The notes beneath the pieces were generated by a model. That model saw nothing but the letters and a program-made list of their open reading frames with translations. It did no database searches and had not been told where the DNA came from. Position numbers and translations under genes: made by a program. Shown here piece by piece: positions 58,709 through 64,000 of a stretch of DNA of 64,000 nucleotides (its first letter is position 1; the number at the start of each line of letters is the position of its first letter). The stretch spans positions 89,652,001-89,716,000 of the forward strand of contig OX597823.1 of NCBI GenBank assembly GCA_951406725.2. Direction: 5' to 3'. This stretch comes from Octopus vulgaris. Lineage: Eukaryota.

Positions 58709-60287
58709 CTATGAGAAAACAAAACAATAAATCTATACATACATAAATAAAATTACAAAACAAACCCTTTTGTTTATTATACTTCAGATGAAATACACTA
58801 TCTTTATTTCAATTGATTTTTAGAATAATGAAGAATTTAGTAAAATAAGTTTGTCATTATTAACAGCCCCTTTTTTTCTTTTTTACTATATTCCTGTTGA
58901 AATATACTATCATCATCATTTGACATCCGTCTTCCATGCTAGCATGAGTTGGACAATTTGACAGGTGGTGGCCAGCCAGAGGACTACACTACACATCACT
59001 CTCTGTTTTGGTATAGTTTTTACAGCTAATTGCCCTTCCTAATGCCAACCACTTTACTGTATTTCAATTAAAATAATGAAAAATTGAGAAAAAATAACTG
59101 TCATTATTAAGCTGATGCTTGAAACATAAATTATATCTTGAAATCAAAAAGGTTAAATCATACTTTACCATCATTGGATAATGTAATCTGGGGCTTTACT
59201 ATGTTTAAATACATAAATAAAAAATGAGTGGATGGTCATGGCTGGCATCCCTTTGAACAGAGGCCTGCTTTATCACATCTCTTAAAATACACTGCATTTG
59301 TTTCAATTAAATTTGAAAACAATGAAAAATTAGGTAAAATAACTCATTATTAAGTAAATGTTTGGAACATAAATTAACATGAACTTTTAATTTTAAATCA
59401 GTAGATTTCTCACACCAACCTAACTCTGTCTCAGGTAGGTTGGTATCTCTATTACATTTGATTGATTAGGTCCCCAATCATTCTCATAAGTTTTATACAT
59501 GAATCAGTTTATAGGAATCTTTGTTTTCAAAGTAAGAATAACGACACTCTTACTAGCAAGGCCACAGATGCATTTATGATGACTATTACAGTTCTAAGTT
59601 ATTTACATTTATCTTTCAGTAAAGGTAACCATATTGAACTGAATTTTTTTTATTTTATTTCTTTCGCTTTATCAAAGAGGGAAGGTCAGAAGTCATGACA
59701 TTAAAAACTGATAAGAGAAGAGTAAAGTATAAATTTATTGGTCACTGCAGCAGGAAGTAACAGATTAAATACTGGAGCTTACCTCAGGTCTGAAATCTAG
59801 TGTGAATGTTTGAAACAGAGGTCTCTGCTAAAGGTACCTAAATAGGGGTCGGGGTTTAAATCAGGTGATGAATTAAGTATAGTGAATGCAAGATTAACTG
59901 CCTGGGCTGTCAACAAAATTATATATATACATACATATATACACAAACATATATACATGCATGCATACACATACATATCTGAAGGCATTCTGATCTGATG
60001 GTCTTAAAGTTCCAATCTACCACTTTAGATTGGTTATTTATCTTTTTTATTGACTCTGAAAGGATGAAATGCAAAGTTGATCCTGGTGGGATTTGAACTC
60101 AGAGTGTGGAGAGTTGGAACAAATACCATGGAACATTCTGTTCAACATTAACAACTCTACTGCCTCACAATCTTTTAACAATTCATGCTCCAAATTAATC
60201 CTGCATCTCAAAACAACTCCCTACAATCATATCCTAATGACTTAAAAAAATGAAGAACAAGTTAAATAATGCAGGACTTGATAGACT

Positions 60288-60525
60288 CATCATCATTGAA
60301 CGTCCATTGCCCATGCTGGCATGCTGGAAGGCTGCACCAGACTCCGGTCTGATTTGACATGGTTTTCTAAGGCTGAATGCCCTTCCTAACACCAACCACT
60401 CCAAGAGTGCCACCAGCATGGGTGCCATTTGCATGACACTGGTATCTGCCATGACTGCGATTTTGCTCAGTTCAATGGGTCTTTTTCTCAACCACGACAT
60501 AATGCCAAAGGTCTTGGCCATTGCC
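60288..60525 (-). mobile_element. RTE 3'UTR copy, internally deleted
   Basis: (CAT)n TGAACGTCC...GAAGGCTGCACCAGACTCC...GCCCTTCCTAACACCAACCACTCC. Confidence 0.8.
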
Positions 60526-60956
60526 TTGTAAAAGCAAAATGGGATGGTCACAAATAAAATACCTTTGACAATACATGTGCCAAATCAGAAGATACTAATA
60601 CAAGTTAAACCAATTCTTACATACTTCATTTGATTAATCTGAAGAGAGTGAACGTCCAAGATCAAAGAGCCTTTATTTTTCTATTATGGTCAACAAGTAA
60701 CCAAGTGAAAGAAAAAATCAAGGCAGGATGAGATAATTTCTATTGGTTTCAGCAAAACTTTAGACTTTCTAATGAGTGAAATACCTTAGATACATGTCTC
60801 AACATTAATAATTTAATTAGAAAAGTATTTCTAGCTTAATGTTGTTTGTAAAAATGAGGAGTACACTTGGTCACTTGATCAAATCAGCTAAAAGAAATAT
60901 TTAAAAAATAAAAGTTGAAGTAGTGTTAACACAATGCAGGGAATATAAAATGTTAA

Positions 60957-61467
60957 TCCCTTGATGCCGGTATTACTTGAAGCATGCAAGACACTGCTCT
61001 GGGTTTTTTTTTTTATATAATGAGGCCACACAAGTGCAAACGAACTTGTGTCTATTTACGTTCACCATTACAATAACATAGTGTCGTACATTTACGTCTA
61101 CCGGTTTATGAAAGCGAACTATGTGAAGCTATTTATCATAATATGATATGCACGAGTAATTCTGCTCAAGTTCAGAAAATAGCTTGTGTGTGGTACAACT
61201 CAAAACACGGTATTGTGCATGCAAAGTATTCGCATGTCATTGGTCTACTGCTAGTCTCATAACTTGAAAGTAACCTAAAATAGCTAAGATAATGCACGGG
61301 ACGGCGAGCATGCACACCCCAAGAGATAAAATACACAATAGCGAATGTAAATGGCTGCTAAAAAGTCCATGATAGATGTAGGGCAGCTCTACATCGTATA
61401 TTTACGTTAACCAAAGGTGGGCAAGCAAAACTGTGATCGCATATTTGCGTCAACGGTTGTCAAGGGA
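60957..61467. mobile_element. TTAA-flanked non-autonomous DNA transposon (piggyBac-like, ~510 bp)
   Basis: TTAA|TCCCTTGA...TCAAGGGA|TTAA; subterminal motif ATTT(A/G)CGT four times (~61034, 61090, 61400, 61443). Confidence 0.8.
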
Positions 61468-62689
61468 TTAACTAAGGTTAATTTGACAAGGAAAAAAAAA
61501 ACAGTAGTGATTAATATTTTCTTTCTTTTCAACATGGGAGACAACTGTACCCTTATGACCTCTCATCAATGAAACAGCTTTCACTGTGCTCACCAACGTA
61601 TGATGAAACGGCTAAGTAAAAAGCATAAAAGTATATATTAGTTGAAATCGGAAAATAGTGAAGACAAAGTCTTGAAGAACTACAACAATGGTGTAATCTA
61701 TTGGAGAGAAATGAGATACCTACCTAGTAGTGTGGATCCCTATGTACGATGAATTGGTATGCAGTCGCCAGCACAAGCAATTCATGAGAACCTAAGTCTG
61801 ATTCCAATAGCAAAGCGAACAAAGATATTTAAGTAGAGGGACAGAATCAATTCTAGACCCACTACAAGCCAAGAAAAATACTTGTAAATCTCATCAGTTG
61901 TACAGTATCACAGCTGCTGTTTCCAGCATGAAGTTGTTTCAACCTTGTAATACCTGTTTAAAGCTAGGTAAGCTGAGCCATTTCAGAGCAAGACCCTTAA
62001 CTCAGACACATTAGTGACATGATACAAACCAACAATCTCTTTGGGTCAATAATAACACGTCTACATGGTCATTCAATCTGCTAAGAACAGCAGTCAAATT
62101 TTCATCAAATCATACCTTATCTCTTTAAAAAATGAAATTTTTAGATAATATAGTCTTAGATATATTACACCAGAAACAATTACTGGCAAGCCTTTGATTC
62201 AAGGCCTGTTCAGTCAGGGCTGATCTAAGTTAAACAACAACCAGCACTGCTATCTTCTTGAGCTCTCTCTCTCTCATTTAATAATATTGTAGTGTTACTC
62301 AGGTTGCTCCATCAAAATGGTTAGCAACAAGAAGGTATAATCATCACCATCATTGTCATCATCATTTTACATCTGCTTTTTTTTTTTCTCCATGCTGGCA
62401 TGGATTGGACAGGTTTTACAGCTGGATGCTCTTCCTGTTGCCAACCCTTTTTAGTTACCTCTTAGGACATGCAGGGATGCTGTATTTCCATTTTAGAATG
62501 GAGATACACATCTAAATCATAAAAACTCAACCAAAAGCCACATGCAACTTAAAGCAGCATTAACAAGACAGCCATAAAGATTTTATACACCAAATCTAAC
62601 CCAGCATGAATAAGCCAAAGAAAAAATGTATATCACAAAAACCAATGATGATGATGATGATGAAGATAATGATGATGGTGATGATATAC

Positions 62690-62785
62690 CTGTTTGTGCA
62701 GATTTATCTTTTCTAAATTAGCTGCCTGTTGACTTCCACTTAATTCTTCACTGTCTTCTATAATCTTCGCATTCAGATGGGAGAT
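62690..62785 (-). CDS. GOLGA1: Golgin-97-like coiled-coil exon
   Basis: TTCTCAG| ISHLNAKIIEDSEELSGSQQAANLEKINLHKQ |GTATAT; 96 nt, phase 0-0. Confidence 0.9.
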
Positions 62786-63366
62786 CTGAGAATTGAGGAA
62801 AAAAACAATTTCGAATGAACCAAAATTATCTTTTTTTAAAAAAGAAAACCCACAACAAAACTCAATTTCTATTAATTGTGTGTTAAATATACCACCCGCT
62901 CCCTTTCTTGAACCAACAAACAAGGCTCAACAGGAGGTAGTTTTTCATTCAGCAAAAGGAATAACATAGCAGCCTATAATACAATTTGGGGATCAGGATC
63001 ACTTTTGAAGGGGTTACAATCAGAGTCAAGACTTATCGAATACTGCTCAACATAGCTGCTGAGACAACTAGAAACAGCAGTCAAATCTCTCTCACATTAC
63101 ACCCTACCATAAGAAAATGTGAAGAAAGACATTAGATAATGTAATTATAGATATGTAACATCTGAGAAAAGATGGGATGAGAAATGCTATTGATCACAGT
63201 TCTGCTCAGTCAGGTCTGCTTGAAGATAAATAAGTTTTCTGACTCAGATATTTTTTTTTCCAACACAGATGTAATCCAAAGATCTGGATCATTTTTGATC
63301 TGCTCAGTTCAGGTCTGACTTGGGCTAAACAACATCATTAAACGACACCATATATTTCAGCCTTAC

Positions 63367-63462
63367 CTGCCCTTCAAGGTGGGTTATCTTGTCACTCCAA
63401 GTAAACTTTACTTCCTGCAACTGTTGCCGTGACTCAGACAACTTTTTCTCAAGGCTATCCCT
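63367..63462 (-). CDS. GOLGA1: Golgin-97-like coiled-coil exon (most 5' exon in the window; gene continues beyond 64000)
   Basis: TTTTCCAG| RDSLEKKLSESRQQLQEVKFTWSDKITHLEGQ |GTAAGG; 96 nt, phase 0-0. Confidence 0.9.
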
Positions 63463-64000
63463 CTGGAAAATGAAAATAAAAACAATTCATCATTAGACAG
63501 GTCAATTAGCAGAACGATTAAAGCATCAGACAAAACATTTTGAGGTGTTTATAGTTTCATTTTTAAGTTCAAACCCTGCTAAGAACAACTTCACCTTTCA
63601 TCATTCTCGGGCTTTATAAAGTGCCAGCCAAGACTGGAGTCGATTCAATTAAATCACACCCCACTCGGCCTTGTGTTGCCTAATTAAACAGTAGTGGATT
63701 GGCAGAATCACAAGAATAACGAGGGAAGTGCTTTGCATCATTTCTTCCAACCCTTTTTGTTCTGAGTATAACCTTTCTGATACCAGTCTACCCAAGACTC
63801 CCTAGTGGTTCTATGATACAAACTATTTTTAAGTGATTCCATCAAAATCTCACATCAATTTATGTTCCTAAACACCATCTTAATGATAGTTGTCTTACTA
63901 AATCCTTCATTATTTTAAAAATTAATTAAAAGCAAAAATTGTGTATTACAACAGAAATATGGTAACAAAATAAGATTAAATCCTGTTGACTTTGCCTTTC

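Overview
AT-rich, repeat-dense eukaryotic (animal) genomic DNA. The SINE/RTE repeat families and (TA)n/(GAT)n/(AAT)n microsatellites are the kind I associate with Octopus; the taxon is an inference. One host gene is well supported: the 3' part of a golgin-97/GOLGA1-like gene on the minus strand. It has 11 coding exons from 63462 down to the stop at 42432, all GT-AG and phase-consistent, giving 1536 nt (511 aa plus stop) and ending in a GRIP domain; its 5' exons lie beyond the window. A second, orphan gene is suggested by a minus-strand TATA box, ATG, signal-peptide-like exon and GTAAGT donor at 12412-12484. The rest is mostly transposon debris: an RTE-clade LINE with an intact RT frame (1-1640) and about 20 truncated copies of its (GAT)n-tailed 3' end, CR1, R4/Dong and RTE-1 LINE remnants, a Gypsy gag-protease relic, two mariner relics, a DD37D/maT relic, a Helitron-type element, TTAA-flanked MITEs, a foldback element and several tRNA-derived SINE families. 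Most notable: (i) a complete PHD-type zinc finger inserted inside the LINE reverse transcriptase; (ii) a ~250-bp hairpin carrying decayed Penelope-type minimal hammerhead ribozymes in both arms; (iii) a degenerate tandem array of ~330-bp units with tRNA-like heads; (iv) the orphan signal-peptide exon; (v) many inverted repeat pairs in GOLGA1 introns that could form dsRNA for A-to-I editing. Most entries in the ORF track are spurious. Repeat boundaries were read by eye and are approximate unless a TIR, TSD or splice site is quoted.
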